The notes under the pieces were generated by a model. That model searched no databases, was not told where the DNA came from, and worked only from the letters and a program-made list of their open reading frames with translations. From assembly GCA_030431455.1 (NCBI GenBank), contig JAUIJE010000018.1, forward strand, positions 12,115 to 76,114: a stretch of 64,000 nucleotides of DNA, written 5' to 3'. A program made the translations under genes and the position numbers. This DNA is from a bacterium. Lineage in GTDB: Bacteria > Myxococcota > UBA727 > JAUIJE01. This document shows, in pieces, positions 25,927-36,217 of the stretch; position 1 is the stretch's first letter; every line of letters starts with the position of its first letter.

Positions 25927-27870
25927 CTACCCGTCGAGGCCGAGCTCGAACACCGATCGGTAGTGGCCCCGGGCGATCACGTCCTCGAACAGCGCCCCCC
26001 AGGTGGCGTGGCCGCCCAGCGTGGCCGAATCGCCGATGCCCACGAAGCACCGCTGGGCCCGGGTCAGGGCCACGTTGAGCCGGCGGTCGTCGTCGAGGAA
26101 CCCGATGTCACCCTCCGGGTTCGACCGGGTGGCGGAAAAGACGATCGCGGCCTTTTCCCGCCCCTGAAAACCGTCCACCGAGTCGACCTCGAGCCCGGCA
26201 TCGAGCGCGTCGGTCAGGCGCCGGGACAACAACGCGACCTGGCCCGCGTAGGGGGTGATCACCCCGATGTCGGCCGCGGGCAGGCCCGCGTTGATCAAGT
26301 CCCGGACCACCCGCGTAACGAGCCGCGCCTCCATGTCGTTGTGCCGCGACACGCTCCCCTCGGCCTGGGCCTCGTCATAACCCGCCCCCGCGGTGTCGAT
26401 CCACTCCAGGGGCTGCGCGGGCCGCACGATCGTCGTCGGGGACAAGGAGAGGTCCGCGAGCGTCCAGTCGCGGACGGTGTCGTGCGCGACGAGCGCGCCG
26501 TCGTAGAACCTCGACGAGGGGAACGCCATGATCGCTTCGTTCATGCGGTGCTGGACGCGCAGCATGTGCCCGTAGCCGGCGGCGTCTTCGCGCTCCGCGA
26601 GCGCGTCGAACGCGGTCCGCGCCAACCCCGCCGCCTCCGCCGCACGGCTCAGCACCGTCGGGGGCAGCTGCTTGTGGTCCCCGGCCAGCACCACCCGGCC
26701 CACCCGGGGCAGGGCCATCAACAGGGCCGGGGTCAAAGCTTGGCTGGCTTCGTCGACGACCAACGTGTCGAACCCTTGGTCCCTGGGCAGCTCCCGCCCA
26801 AACCCGGTCAGGGTGCCGCACACCACCTGGGTCTTGCGCAAGACCTCCTCGGCGGCCTGACGCTCCAGCTGCCGGGCGTCGGCGAACAGCTTGCCCGCCT
26901 CCACCCGCGCCTCGCGCTCGCGGCGCCAGGCCTCGCGGCCCCGGTCCGATCGTCGACGAGCGTTGGCCAAAAGTTGGAACGCCTCGTCGAAGAGCTTCTT
27001 GGCCAACTTCCGCCGCTCGTGGTTTTCGGTCAGCGCGCTGAGGGTCTTTTTCTCCAGTCGCTCGTCGATGCGGGCCACGTTGCCCACCCGGGCGAGGGCG
27101 AGCTTTTCGTCCGCGGACGCCAACGAGAGCGCCACGTGATCTGCAGCGGCATTGGACGCGCACAGGGCGAGGACCTTTTCGCCTCGGCCGACGCACTGCC
27201 GGATGACCTCGACCACCACCCGGGTCTTGCCCGTGCCCGGGGGGCCGTGAATCAGCGCCACGTCGGGCGCGCGCACGCCATGCCAGGCCGCTCGCACCTG
27301 GTCCTCGTGCAGCGCGGGGTCCAACATCACCAACGGCGCGCCCGCGGTGGGCTCGGGATCACGCACCCCCAAAACCGTGGCGAGCAGTGTCCGGGCCCGC
27401 CCCTCGGCGTGTCGGGCTTCGGCCACCGCCTTTTGCAACCGCTGCAATGTCACTTCATCATCGAGCAACAAGAGGTCGATGCGCCCGTCTCGCGCCACCG
27501 GCTGCTCATCGAACACGACCTTGAGCGTACGCCCCCGTCGCTGGGCGACCACCCCGCGCACGCCCTCCACCACCCGGCCGCTCTCGTCGTGGCCCCGCAC
27601 GACCACCACCGCCCCCGGGCGGGCGGCAAACCCGGCCAGCCGTTCACTCTTGTCGTCGTCTTCACCGAGGGTGAGCGCCACCCGACCCATCAGCGCCGGC
27701 CGCTCGTCCACGACCAACGCCCGCGACAAGAACACGCCCTCCTCGATGAGGTCCGCGTCGCTCTTGCCCGCCTTGTGTTCTTCTCGTCGGCGACGCTGCT
27801 CGTCACCCTCGGCCGCGAGCCCCCGCTCGAGAGCATCCAGCGCCGTGGCGAGGTCTGTGTCGGAGGCCAC
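25927..27870 (-). CDS. superfamily 1 helicase, Upf1/DNA2/IGHMBP2-like
   Basis: Walker A GPPGTGKT, motif II VVDEASQ, VDGFQGREK, RRLNVALTRA. An N-terminal region of about 190 aa has no recognised motif. Confidence 0.85.
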   Translation of the reverse strand: MASDTDLATALDALERGLAAEGDEQRRRREEHKAGKSDADLIEEGVFLSRALVVDERPALMGRVALTLGEDDDKSERLAGFAARPGAVVVVRGHDESGRVVEGVRGVVAQRRGRTLKVVFDEQPVARDGRIDLLLLDDEVTLQRLQKAVAEARHAEGRARTLLATVLGVRDPEPTAGAPLVMLDPALHEDQVRAAWHGVRAPDVALIHGPPGTGKTRVVVEVIRQCVGRGEKVLALCASNAAADHVALSLASADEKLALARVGNVARIDERLEKKTLSALTENHERRKLAKKLFDEAFQLLANARRRSDRGREAWRREREARVEAGKLFADARQLERQAAEEVLRKTQVVCGTLTGFGRELPRDQGFDTLVVDEASQALTPALLMALPRVGRVVLAGDHKQLPPTVLSRAAEAAGLARTAFDALAEREDAAGYGHMLRVQHRMNEAIMAFPSSRFYDGALVAHDTVRDWTLADLSLSPTTIVRPAQPLEWIDTAGAGYDEAQAEGSVSRHNDMEARLVTRVVRDLINAGLPAADIGVITPYAGQVALLSRRLTDALDAGLEVDSVDGFQGREKAAIVFSATRSNPEGDIGFLDDDRRLNVALTRAQRCFVGIGDSATLGGHATWGALFEDVIARGHYRSVFELGLDG

Positions 27871-27876
27871 CGCGCC

Positions 27877-30800
27877 CTACTTCTTGCCCTTGGCCTCTTT
27901 GGCCGCCTTGATGCGGTCCATGACCTTCTGCAGTTTTTCGCGGGTCTTTTTGTAATCGTCCTGCAGCGCGTCGTAGCGCTCCTTGAACTTCTTCTGGTCC
28001 GCGGCGCGTTTTTGCACCGCCTCCTCGTACTTCGACTTGTACTCGTCGCCCGCGCCTTGCTGGGCCTGTGCCTTTTGCAGCAGCTCCTGGCCTTTTTGTT
28101 TGAGCGCTTTGTTTTTTTCGCGGAGGTCCATGACGTCCTGCGAGAGCTTGGCCACGCGCTCCTCTTTTTCCTGCACCGCGGCCTTGAGCTGGATGAGCTC
28201 CTCGTCGTTGGCCGCCTTGGCCTGGTCTTTGGCCGCCCGCAACGCGGCCTTGAGCTTGTCGACTTCGGCCTTGGCCTTGGCCCGCTCCCGTGCGCGTTGC
28301 TCCTTCTCCTCGCCGAGCTCCCCGGCGACCTTTTTGACCCGCTCCTCGAGCTTGCCCTTGAGATCCTTGGCCTGGCCCACGAGGTCGTTGTACTTGCGCT
28401 TGACCATGACGAGGTTCTTCTTTTGCTCGTCAGCGGATTTCTGCGCTTCGTCCCGGGCCCGCTTCAGCGTCGACAACTCGTCGCCAAGCCGTGACTTGTC
28501 GTCCTCGGCGACCTTCTTGATCTGCTCGAGGTCGCGCACCAACGTGCTCTCGCGTTGGCTGCCCTGGTCCTCGAGCTGCGCGGCCTTGCGCCGGAACAGG
28601 TCGCGCTCTTTTTGCGCCTTTTCCGCCAGCCCTTTGACCCGCACGTTCTCGTCTTGGAGCTCCTCGGACCGGGTCTTGGCCGAATCGAGCTCGGTGTCGA
28701 GCACCGCGACCTTGTCCTCGAGCGCGGCCGCGCGGCGTTGCTCGGCGTCGAGATTGGCCCGGGTCTCGCCGAGGTCGTGCTCGGTGCGGGACAGCCGCTC
28801 CTCGGCCGCGGCCAGGCTGCCCTCGGTGGCGGACAGCTTTTTGGCCACCTCCTCGAGCCGGCTCTGGAGCGAGTCGACCTGGGCGGACGCCTTTTGGCTG
28901 GTCTGGGCCAACGCGCTGTCGCGGTTGAGCACGTCGCGCTGGTGTTCTTCGCGTTCGTGGTTCAGCTCGGCGGACAGACGCGCCACCTGGTCCTGTTCGC
29001 GTCCCAGGGCGTCTTCGAGATCGCCGATGCGCGCTTTTGTCTCGGCCAGCTCCGCCCGCAGGGTCTCGCCCTCGGCTTCTTTGCGGCGCAGGCGGCCGGT
29101 GAGGTCCGCGATCTTCTCGCGGCTCTCGGTGACCTGCGATTCGGACTCGGCGAGTTTGGCCCGGGTCCGGGCGAGGGCACCGTCGAGCTCTTGGCCTTCT
29201 GCAGTGGCATTGTCAAGCGCCTGTTGGAGGCGGGCCTGCTCCTGGTGGGCGGCCCGCTCCAGTTCGTGCATGCGCGCCTTCTGGGCCTCGAAGCTCTGTT
29301 CCCACTCGCCGATGCGCCCGTCGCGGTCGGCGACCTCGCGTTGGCGGGCATCGATCTCGGCTTCGAGGCGCGCGGTCAGCTCGGTGAGCTCGAGCCCCCG
29401 GGCTTCGAGCTCCTGGGTGCGGCGGTTGGCCCGTTCGCGTTCGGACTCGAGCGACGCGTGGGTCTCGGCGAGGCTGGCCTCGAGCTGCGCGACCTTCTCT
29501 TGAAACGCGGCGGTGGTCTGGGCGAGGTGATCGCGGGTCTTTTGCAGCTCGCCTTCGAGGGAGCGAATGCGGTTTTCGGCTTTCTCGAGCGTCGCCCGGG
29601 TGCCGGTGAGCTGGGAGTCGAGGCGGGTGCGTTCCTCGCGCACCTCCGCGAGCATTTGCTGCGACTCGTCGAGCTCGAGGGTGAGGTTCGCGCCCCGGGC
29701 TTCGGATTGGTCAAGGCGCATCGAGAGGTCGGTGCTGTGGCTTTGGGCCTCGGCGAGCTCGGACGAGAGATCCGTGACCTGCAACCGCGCGTCGGCGAGT
29801 TGTTTGGACCTCTCCTCGAGGGCGGTGCGGGTGGAGCCGAGTTGGTCCTCGAGCAGCGAACGCTCCGACGCGAGTTCCTTGAGCTGCCCGTGCAACTCCT
29901 CGAGCTGGGTGGCGGATTTCTGCTCGCCCAGCGCCTTTTCTTCGCGGAGTTTTTGCAGCGAGGCCGCGATCCGGTCGGCGTGGGCGGTGGTCTCGTTGAG
30001 GCTGGCGACGGTGTTCTCGAGCTGGACGTCGAGCTCGGCGATCTTGGCCTTGAGCCCGGCCGAGATCTCGGCGGCGAGGGCCTTGTCCGCCTCCGCTTGT
30101 TGCATGCGGTTGGCGAGGTCGTCGCGGGTGGAGCGGAGCTCGACCTGGAGGTCTTCGACCTCGGCGTTTTTGGTGGATAGCGTCGACGCGTGCGCGGTCT
30201 GCTCGGCTTCGAGCGCGGCCTGGACCTCGGCCCGGCGCTGCTCGAGAGCGGACAGTTGGTGCTCGTGATGGTCCTGGGCGTCCTCGAGCTCCTGGGCCAG
30301 CGCGCCCTTTTCGCGCTCCAGCCGTTCGGCCCGTTCGCGGCCGATCTCGACGTCGGCCTTGAGGCTGCCGATGTTGTCCTCGGCGGTGGTCAGTTGGGCG
30401 ACGAGGTCCTCGCGCGCCTTCTTGGCCCGGTCGAGTTCGCGCCCCTGGAGCTCGGCTTGGTTTTGCAGCTGGGCAAACTCACGCTCGCGCTCGGTCCACA
30501 GCTCCTTGGCGTGCTTGAGGTCGGTCTCTTTGATCGTGAGGTTGTGGCGGAGCGATTCGAGCCGCCCCTCGAGGCCCTTGGCTTTGGGCGGCGGCGGGAG
30601 GTTGGCCCCCGCGCGCGCTTTCGCCAAAAGCTCGTCGAGGGATGCGCCACCGCGGGGGGTGGAGGGCATCTTGGGGGGGCCGCCACGTTTTTTGAGCGCG
30701 GGCGGTTTGCCCGGTGCGCCTTCCCCGCTTTTGAGAGGAGGCGGTCCGCCGTCAGCGGGGGGCGCGTCGGCCACGGCGGCGGCGGCGCCGGGGACGAGGG

Positions 30801-31179
30801 CGCCGTTGAGAAGTTTTTCGATGGTGCCGGCCAGCACCTCCATGCCGAACGGCTTCGAGAGGTAGGCGTCGGCCGGGGTCTTGGACGCGCCGTGCCGCGA
30901 GAGGGCCTCGGGGGCGGCCGCGCCGCTGGTGAGGATGATCGGGATGTCTTTGAGCTCGGCGTGCTTTTTGAGTTTGTTGCACTCGGAAAAGCCACTCGAT
31001 GGTCCGCGCGGCAGCTCGAGGTTCAGCACCACCAGCTGGGCGGACACACCGCGCACAAAGTCGACCACGCTTTTGCTGCCGTCGTCGATCTGGGCGGTGA
31101 GGCCGAGGGAGCTGATCGCCTGCTCGACGTTGCTGGCGAAGTTGGCGTCGGGATCGATGATCGCCACGACATGAGACAC
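27877..31179 (-). CDS. FrzS/AglZ-type protein: N-terminal pseudo-receiver plus about 900-aa coiled coil
   Basis: The receiver fold retains T (PIILTSG) and K (YLSKPF), but the phospho-acceptor position reads LVVLNLELP (Asn instead of Asp). A Pro/Gly linker follows, then continuous E/L/A/Q/R heptad sequence to the C-terminus. Confidence 0.8.
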   Translation of the reverse strand: MSHVVAIIDPDANFASNVEQAISSLGLTAQIDDGSKSVVDFVRGVSAQLVVLNLELPRGPSSGFSECNKLKKHAELKDIPIILTSGAAAPEALSRHGASKTPADAYLSKPFGMEVLAGTIEKLLNGALVPGAAAAVADAPPADGGPPPLKSGEGAPGKPPALKKRGGPPKMPSTPRGGASLDELLAKARAGANLPPPPKAKGLEGRLESLRHNLTIKETDLKHAKELWTEREREFAQLQNQAELQGRELDRAKKAREDLVAQLTTAEDNIGSLKADVEIGRERAERLEREKGALAQELEDAQDHHEHQLSALEQRRAEVQAALEAEQTAHASTLSTKNAEVEDLQVELRSTRDDLANRMQQAEADKALAAEISAGLKAKIAELDVQLENTVASLNETTAHADRIAASLQKLREEKALGEQKSATQLEELHGQLKELASERSLLEDQLGSTRTALEERSKQLADARLQVTDLSSELAEAQSHSTDLSMRLDQSEARGANLTLELDESQQMLAEVREERTRLDSQLTGTRATLEKAENRIRSLEGELQKTRDHLAQTTAAFQEKVAQLEASLAETHASLESERERANRRTQELEARGLELTELTARLEAEIDARQREVADRDGRIGEWEQSFEAQKARMHELERAAHQEQARLQQALDNATAEGQELDGALARTRAKLAESESQVTESREKIADLTGRLRRKEAEGETLRAELAETKARIGDLEDALGREQDQVARLSAELNHEREEHQRDVLNRDSALAQTSQKASAQVDSLQSRLEEVAKKLSATEGSLAAAEERLSRTEHDLGETRANLDAEQRRAAALEDKVAVLDTELDSAKTRSEELQDENVRVKGLAEKAQKERDLFRRKAAQLEDQGSQRESTLVRDLEQIKKVAEDDKSRLGDELSTLKRARDEAQKSADEQKKNLVMVKRKYNDLVGQAKDLKGKLEERVKKVAGELGEEKEQRARERAKAKAEVDKLKAALRAAKDQAKAANDEELIQLKAAVQEKEERVAKLSQDVMDLREKNKALKQKGQELLQKAQAQQGAGDEYKSKYEEAVQKRAADQKKFKERYDALQDDYKKTREKLQKVMDRIKAAKEAKGKK

Positions 31180-31369
31180 GCGCTCCTCCTTGGCGCCGGC
31201 TGCCGCCGCCGCCTGGACCCTCTTTGCGGAGAGATCACCCCGGGATTTAAGCAGCTTTTGGGGGCCGAAACGAGTTCTCAGCGGACTGCCCCGTCCCGGT
31301 TATGTGCCCGGTTGTCCGACATGTTTTCGTATGGCAAGTCGGTAACAGCACCCACGCCCCCTGGAGGCA

Positions 31370-33154
31370 ATGATGCGATCTGCTGCGCGCCTGTTGACCA
31401 CTTTTATCCCCGTTGTGCCCTTGGCCCTGAGCCTTGGTTGCCCGGACGGCGACGTGACATCCATCGCCCCGACCATCAACGTGGACGTGTGTGCAACGCC
31501 AGCAGACGTCCGCAACTCCGCCGGCGACATCATCGGCGGCACCGACGACTGCGTGTTGGACTTCGGGGTGCAAGACATCTCGGTGCGGGTGCAACGAGAA
31601 ATCACGGTGTCGAACATCTCGACCATCGACCTGCGCGGCGCCGGCACCACCGCGTCCTCGTTCGAAGACCTCGACATCCAGCTCACCACCGACAGCGACC
31701 CGGCGTTCCAGATTGAGCTGAAGCCAGTGGTCGTCGAGTCCGGCCTGTCCAAAAAGATTTTGATCTCGTTCCGGCCCACGCTGGAGTCGGAGGTCACCGG
31801 GCGCTTGATCATCAGCTCCGATGCGGAGAACGTGCCCGCGGGCCAAGACGTGGTCATCGAGCTGACCGGCACCGGCGTCGACAACGGCGTGCCCGACATC
31901 CTGGTCTCTCCGCTCGAGTGCGACTTCGGCCGGGTGGCCGAAGGCAACGTCAAAGAGTGCAAGGTCGACATCACCAACAACGGGGGCCGCGACCTCGTGT
32001 TTGACGACGTGTTCTTGAAGACCTCGCGCCCCGACCCCAACGACCCCACCGAGACCGAGATCCTGCCCAAGGTGCCCCAGGGCTCCACCGGCGAGATCTT
32101 TGGCTTTTTCGGTCGGCCGCCGGCCCGCGACGACGTCGTGCCCGCGCCCCCCGAGGACAACACGGTGACGTTGACGTTGCGCTTTTCGCCCGACGCCCTG
32201 GGCAACTACTACAGCGAGGTGTCGATCCTCTCCAACGACCCCGACACCCCCGAGATCACCGTGCCGCTCATCGGCATCGGCGTCGACCCGCCGAGCTGCG
32301 CGGTCCGGATCAAATCCATCAACGGCATCGAAGGGGCGGGCACCATCGAGCCCCTCGACGACGTGATCCTCACCGCCGAAGACTCCGCGGCCCCGACCGC
32401 GTCCGGCACCATCGAGGAGTACCGCTGGGAGATCCTCGAAAAGCCGCCCTCCTCGACGGTGGTGCTCAGCGATCCCGCCGGCACCACGACCGGGTTTACG
32501 TTCGACAACGGCGACGACCTCGGGGTCGATTTCTCCGGCACCTACAAAGTGCGGCTGACCGTGGTCGATGACCTGGGCACCGAGAGCATCAACGAGTGTG
32601 AAGTGGAGTTCGAAGCGATTCCCAAGGACTCGTTCCTGATCGAACTCTCCTGGGACACCTCCGTCAACGACATGGACCTCCACCTCACCAAGCGCGACAG
32701 CGGTGGCCAGTACTGCCCGTCGAGCGTGGACCCCGGCCCCTTGGCCGACTCGTGCAGCTCGGAATACGAGGACTGCTACTTCGGGTCGTGCAAGGCGACC
32801 AAGTTCGACGGCACCCCCAACGAAGACCGCCCGGACTGGGATGGCATCGGCGGCGGGTCCTCCGAAGGCGACCCCAGCCTCGACATCGATGACCTCTCCG
32901 GCTACGGCCCGGAGAACATCAACATCGACCAAGCGGTCGAGGGCGAGTACCTCGTCGGGGTCGACTACTGGGGGGGCAGCGGCACCGTCGGGGCCACCAT
33001 CCGCATCTACATCTACGGCCAGCTCGCGGCGGAGTTCTACAAAGAACTCCAGCCCTCCGACTGGTGGGAAGTCGGCGTGCTTCACTGGCCGGCTCCCGGC
33101 AACGGTGCGCCCTGCCTGCAAGACCTGAGCAATCCCGCTTCGCAGTGCAACTGA
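31370..33154 (+). CDS. lipoprotein with ASH/PapD-like and PKD-like Ig domains and a C-terminal jelly-roll domain (594 aa)
   Basis: Lipobox LSLGC. Repeated ...CDFGRVAEGNVKECKVDITNNG... style domains. C-terminal ELSWDTSVNDMDLHL...GEYLVGVDYWGG. Confidence 0.7.
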   Translation: MMRSAARLLTTFIPVVPLALSLGCPDGDVTSIAPTINVDVCATPADVRNSAGDIIGGTDDCVLDFGVQDISVRVQREITVSNISTIDLRGAGTTASSFEDLDIQLTTDSDPAFQIELKPVVVESGLSKKILISFRPTLESEVTGRLIISSDAENVPAGQDVVIELTGTGVDNGVPDILVSPLECDFGRVAEGNVKECKVDITNNGGRDLVFDDVFLKTSRPDPNDPTETEILPKVPQGSTGEIFGFFGRPPARDDVVPAPPEDNTVTLTLRFSPDALGNYYSEVSILSNDPDTPEITVPLIGIGVDPPSCAVRIKSINGIEGAGTIEPLDDVILTAEDSAAPTASGTIEEYRWEILEKPPSSTVVLSDPAGTTTGFTFDNGDDLGVDFSGTYKVRLTVVDDLGTESINECEVEFEAIPKDSFLIELSWDTSVNDMDLHLTKRDSGGQYCPSSVDPGPLADSCSSEYEDCYFGSCKATKFDGTPNEDRPDWDGIGGGSSEGDPSLDIDDLSGYGPENINIDQAVEGEYLVGVDYWGGSGTVGATIRIYIYGQLAAEFYKELQPSDWWEVGVLHWPAPGNGAPCLQDLSNPASQCN

Positions 33155-33223
33155 TCTCCTGATCGTTTGTGGCGCCGCCCCCGCGCGGCGCGTGCGCGAC
33201 CGCGCCATGAAAGGCACTTCATC

Positions 33224-36217
33224 ATGACCGTGCGACTTCCTCTCCTCGTGGCCATCCTGGGCCTCACCGCCGCTGCCTGCGACGGCAGCGATGGCGTTCG
33301 CATCCCCCCCGACCCCACGCCCGGGTGCGAGACGCAAGAGGAGTGCGGCGACGGCTATGTCTGCGACGCGACCCAATGCGAAATCGGCGAGTGCGTGGCC
33401 GCGACCTATGTCGTGTGTGGGATGCCCATTCTCGACGAGAACAACGAGCCCATGGTCGACGAAGACGGCAACCCCCTGACCGTGACCACCAACTGCTGCC
33501 GCGAGTGGGAGTTCTGCAACTTCGACCGCACCTGCCAGCCCGACCCCAACAGCCCCATCGGCATCGACTGTGAAGTGAATGAGGACTGCACCGGCATCGG
33601 CGAGTTCTGTTCGGGCGGGACCTGCTACGACAGCAACGAGCAGACGCCGTGCACCGCGACCTACCAATGCCCCACCGGGGAGCGCTGTGACCAGACCGCG
33701 TCGTTGTGTGTGCCCGACGTCGGCGGCTGCAGCTTCTGCGGCTCGGCCTTCCCCGAGCTGTGCTGCGAAGAGGACTTCTACTGCGACGAAGAAGTCGATC
33801 GCTGCATCGAGATCGACGCGGAGCTTGAGTGCACCCCCGCCACCGTGCAGGAGGATTGCCTCCCGCTCGAGCTGTGCAACGAAGCCGGCCAATGCGTTCA
33901 GTGCATCACCACCGCCGACTGTGGGCCGGGTCTGACCTGCCGCGAGGACGACGGGGTGTGCATCTCGGAGGCCAACCAATGCCAAAGCGACGCGGACTGC
34001 ACCGGGGACAAGCGCTGCGCCCCGGTGAGCGGCGAGTGTGTGATCCCCCTGTGCGAGACCGACAGCGACTGCGCGGTGGATTTTGACCCGCGTTGGCAGT
34101 GCAACCTCGGCAGCTTCGCCTGCTTCTTGCCCCCGCCCAACTGCGGCGCGCTCGACATGCCCGAGCCCAACAACTCGCTCAACGAGGCCATCGACCTCGG
34201 CGGCCTGACCGGCGACGGGGTGTTGTGCCGCCAAGACAGCGACTACCTGAAGTTCCCCATTCTCGCCGACAAGCGGTACGCGGTGCAGATCATGTTCGCG
34301 GACTACAACGTCAAGGACAACAAGGTCTCCCTCCTGCGCCAAGACGGCATGCTCATCGACGAGATCACGCTGCCCAACACCGCCAACTCCGCCACCCTCG
34401 TGGGCATCACCGCCGAGGACGAGGCGGACACCGAATGGTACGTGCGCATCACCGGCTCGGGCGTCGACGCTGACATCTGGCCGTACACGGTGTTGATCGA
34501 AGAAGACGACGCGCCCGACATCACCACCTGTGAGGACGAGATGGCGATGGGCATCGAGCCCAACAACACCATCGCCACCGCCACCGAGACCATGCCGGGG
34601 ACCCACGTGTTCGCCCGCTGCGACAGCTCCGACGTCGACTACTACCGGGTCGAGGTCCCGGTGCAGCACGGCATCGACGTCACCCTCACCCACTTTGTGG
34701 CCGACGGCGACCTCACCTTGAGTCTGTACGACAGCAACGGCGACCTCATCGACGACAACGACACCCTCAACTCCACCAAGTCGGTGGACGCGCCTGAGGG
34801 CGAGACCGTGTTCTACGTCGGGGTCGAGCTCTACTCGCAGAACGTGCCCAACATCGATGGCCAACAGTACACCCTCGACATCGACGCCACCCCCCGGCCC
34901 GCGGTGTGCGACGACGACCCCGGCGAGCCGGCCAATGACCTGTTCGCCACCGCGATGGTGTTCCCGGTCAACACCCCCACCGACGCCCTGCGCTGCGTGA
35001 ACGAAGACGTCGACTACAACCAGTTCACCGTGCCGGCCGACGAGGGGGCCAAGCTGGACGTGACCTTCACCCACAGCCAAGGCAACATCCGCGTCGACCT
35101 GTACGACGACAACGAGACATTGGTGGGTTCGTCTGACTCCTCGACCGGGGCCAACGGGGTCGAGAGCATCGAGATCCCGTTCAGCGGCCAAGACGAGACC
35201 TACGTCGCCAAAGTGAGCCTCTCGACCACCTCTGGCCAGGTCGGCCAAGCGTACTCCATGGTGGTCAACACCTACGACGCGTCGACCTGCGTGGCCTCCG
35301 AGCCGGTGCCCAACAACACCTTCGTGACCGGCCGGTGCATCGGCACCCCGATCACCGACCTGACCTGCGAGGGGGCGCCTTTGCCCAACCCCGTGATCGC
35401 CCCCGCGTTGGCCACCTGCAGCACCACCCCCGACACCGTCGGCTGTGGCTCGACCTGCGGCGCCCTCGACGAGGACTGGTACCGGGTGGGCAAGCTCAAC
35501 GACGGCCAGCTTTTGGCCGCGACCTTGACCTACGATCACGCGGCGATGAACGGCCGCCTCGGCCTCGCCTTGGTCCGTGCGTCCGGCGACTACGAGACCA
35601 TCAACTTCATCAACTACGACCCCAACACCGAGGGCAACAACACCATCACGTTGGCGCTCAACGCCTCCACCGTGAACCCCGCGTTCGCGCGGGAGTACGG
35701 CGTGGTCGTCATGCCCGAAGGGAGCGAAGGCTTCGCCGCGCTGCCCTACACCCTCGACGTCGAGGTCGGTCCGCCCTGCCAGCCCGACGCCTGGGAGCCC
35801 AACAGCAACCCGTCGCAGTCGCACCTCATCCGCACCACGGGCATGCCCGGGGTCGCGTACAACCAGACCTTCGACCAGACCCTGTGCGGCTTCGACACCG
35901 ACGTGTACGAGCTCATCCTCTTCGTGGGCGAGACCCTGACCGTCCGCTACGCGGGGCCGGAGACGACCACGGTCAACATCGGGGAGCGGCCGGACGACAT
36001 CGAGGACGAAGCCGTCACCTTGCTGCCCAGCGGCGAGGGCATGGACCTTTCGCCTTGCACCATCACCCCGCCGGGGGCGTCCCCCAACGAAGTGTGCGTG
36101 CAAGCGACCTGGACCACGGCCGAGATCAAACAGACCTACCTCACCATCAAACGTGAGTCCGGCACGTCGGGGGCGACGATCGGTCCCTACCGCCTGGTGG
36201 TGGACGTCACCCCGTGA
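33224..36217 (+). CDS. large lipoprotein: Cys-knot repeats followed by about five PPC (pre-peptidase C-terminal)-like domains
   Basis: Start chosen at MTVRLPLLVAILGLTAAAC (lipobox). About six Cx3(D/E)Cx2Gx2C... repeats. PPC openers EPNNSLNEAIDLG, EPNNTIATATE, EPANDLFATAM, EPVPNNTF, WEPNSNPSQS. Confidence 0.7.
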   Translation: MTVRLPLLVAILGLTAAACDGSDGVRIPPDPTPGCETQEECGDGYVCDATQCEIGECVAATYVVCGMPILDENNEPMVDEDGNPLTVTTNCCREWEFCNFDRTCQPDPNSPIGIDCEVNEDCTGIGEFCSGGTCYDSNEQTPCTATYQCPTGERCDQTASLCVPDVGGCSFCGSAFPELCCEEDFYCDEEVDRCIEIDAELECTPATVQEDCLPLELCNEAGQCVQCITTADCGPGLTCREDDGVCISEANQCQSDADCTGDKRCAPVSGECVIPLCETDSDCAVDFDPRWQCNLGSFACFLPPPNCGALDMPEPNNSLNEAIDLGGLTGDGVLCRQDSDYLKFPILADKRYAVQIMFADYNVKDNKVSLLRQDGMLIDEITLPNTANSATLVGITAEDEADTEWYVRITGSGVDADIWPYTVLIEEDDAPDITTCEDEMAMGIEPNNTIATATETMPGTHVFARCDSSDVDYYRVEVPVQHGIDVTLTHFVADGDLTLSLYDSNGDLIDDNDTLNSTKSVDAPEGETVFYVGVELYSQNVPNIDGQQYTLDIDATPRPAVCDDDPGEPANDLFATAMVFPVNTPTDALRCVNEDVDYNQFTVPADEGAKLDVTFTHSQGNIRVDLYDDNETLVGSSDSSTGANGVESIEIPFSGQDETYVAKVSLSTTSGQVGQAYSMVVNTYDASTCVASEPVPNNTFVTGRCIGTPITDLTCEGAPLPNPVIAPALATCSTTPDTVGCGSTCGALDEDWYRVGKLNDGQLLAATLTYDHAAMNGRLGLALVRASGDYETINFINYDPNTEGNNTITLALNASTVNPAFAREYGVVVMPEGSEGFAALPYTLDVEVGPPCQPDAWEPNSNPSQSHLIRTTGMPGVAYNQTFDQTLCGFDTDVYELILFVGETLTVRYAGPETTTVNIGERPDDIEDEAVTLLPSGEGMDLSPCTITPPGASPNEVCVQATWTTAEIKQTYLTIKRESGTSGATIGPYRLVVDVTP

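Noticed and set aside
25963-31716. Several 500-840-aa plus-strand ORFs (25963..28494, 27983..29503, 28555..30180, 30190..31716)
   Set aside because: They are antisense to the helicase and coiled-coil genes. They are low-complexity (Leu/Gly/Arg/Ser-rich) mirror images of the heptad-coding strand.
31247-36103. 1618-aa minus-strand ORF crossing two plus-strand genes and their intergenic gap
   Set aside because: It has the same antisense-type composition. The plus-strand products have lipoboxes, ordered Cys repeats and PPC openers, which are much better supported.
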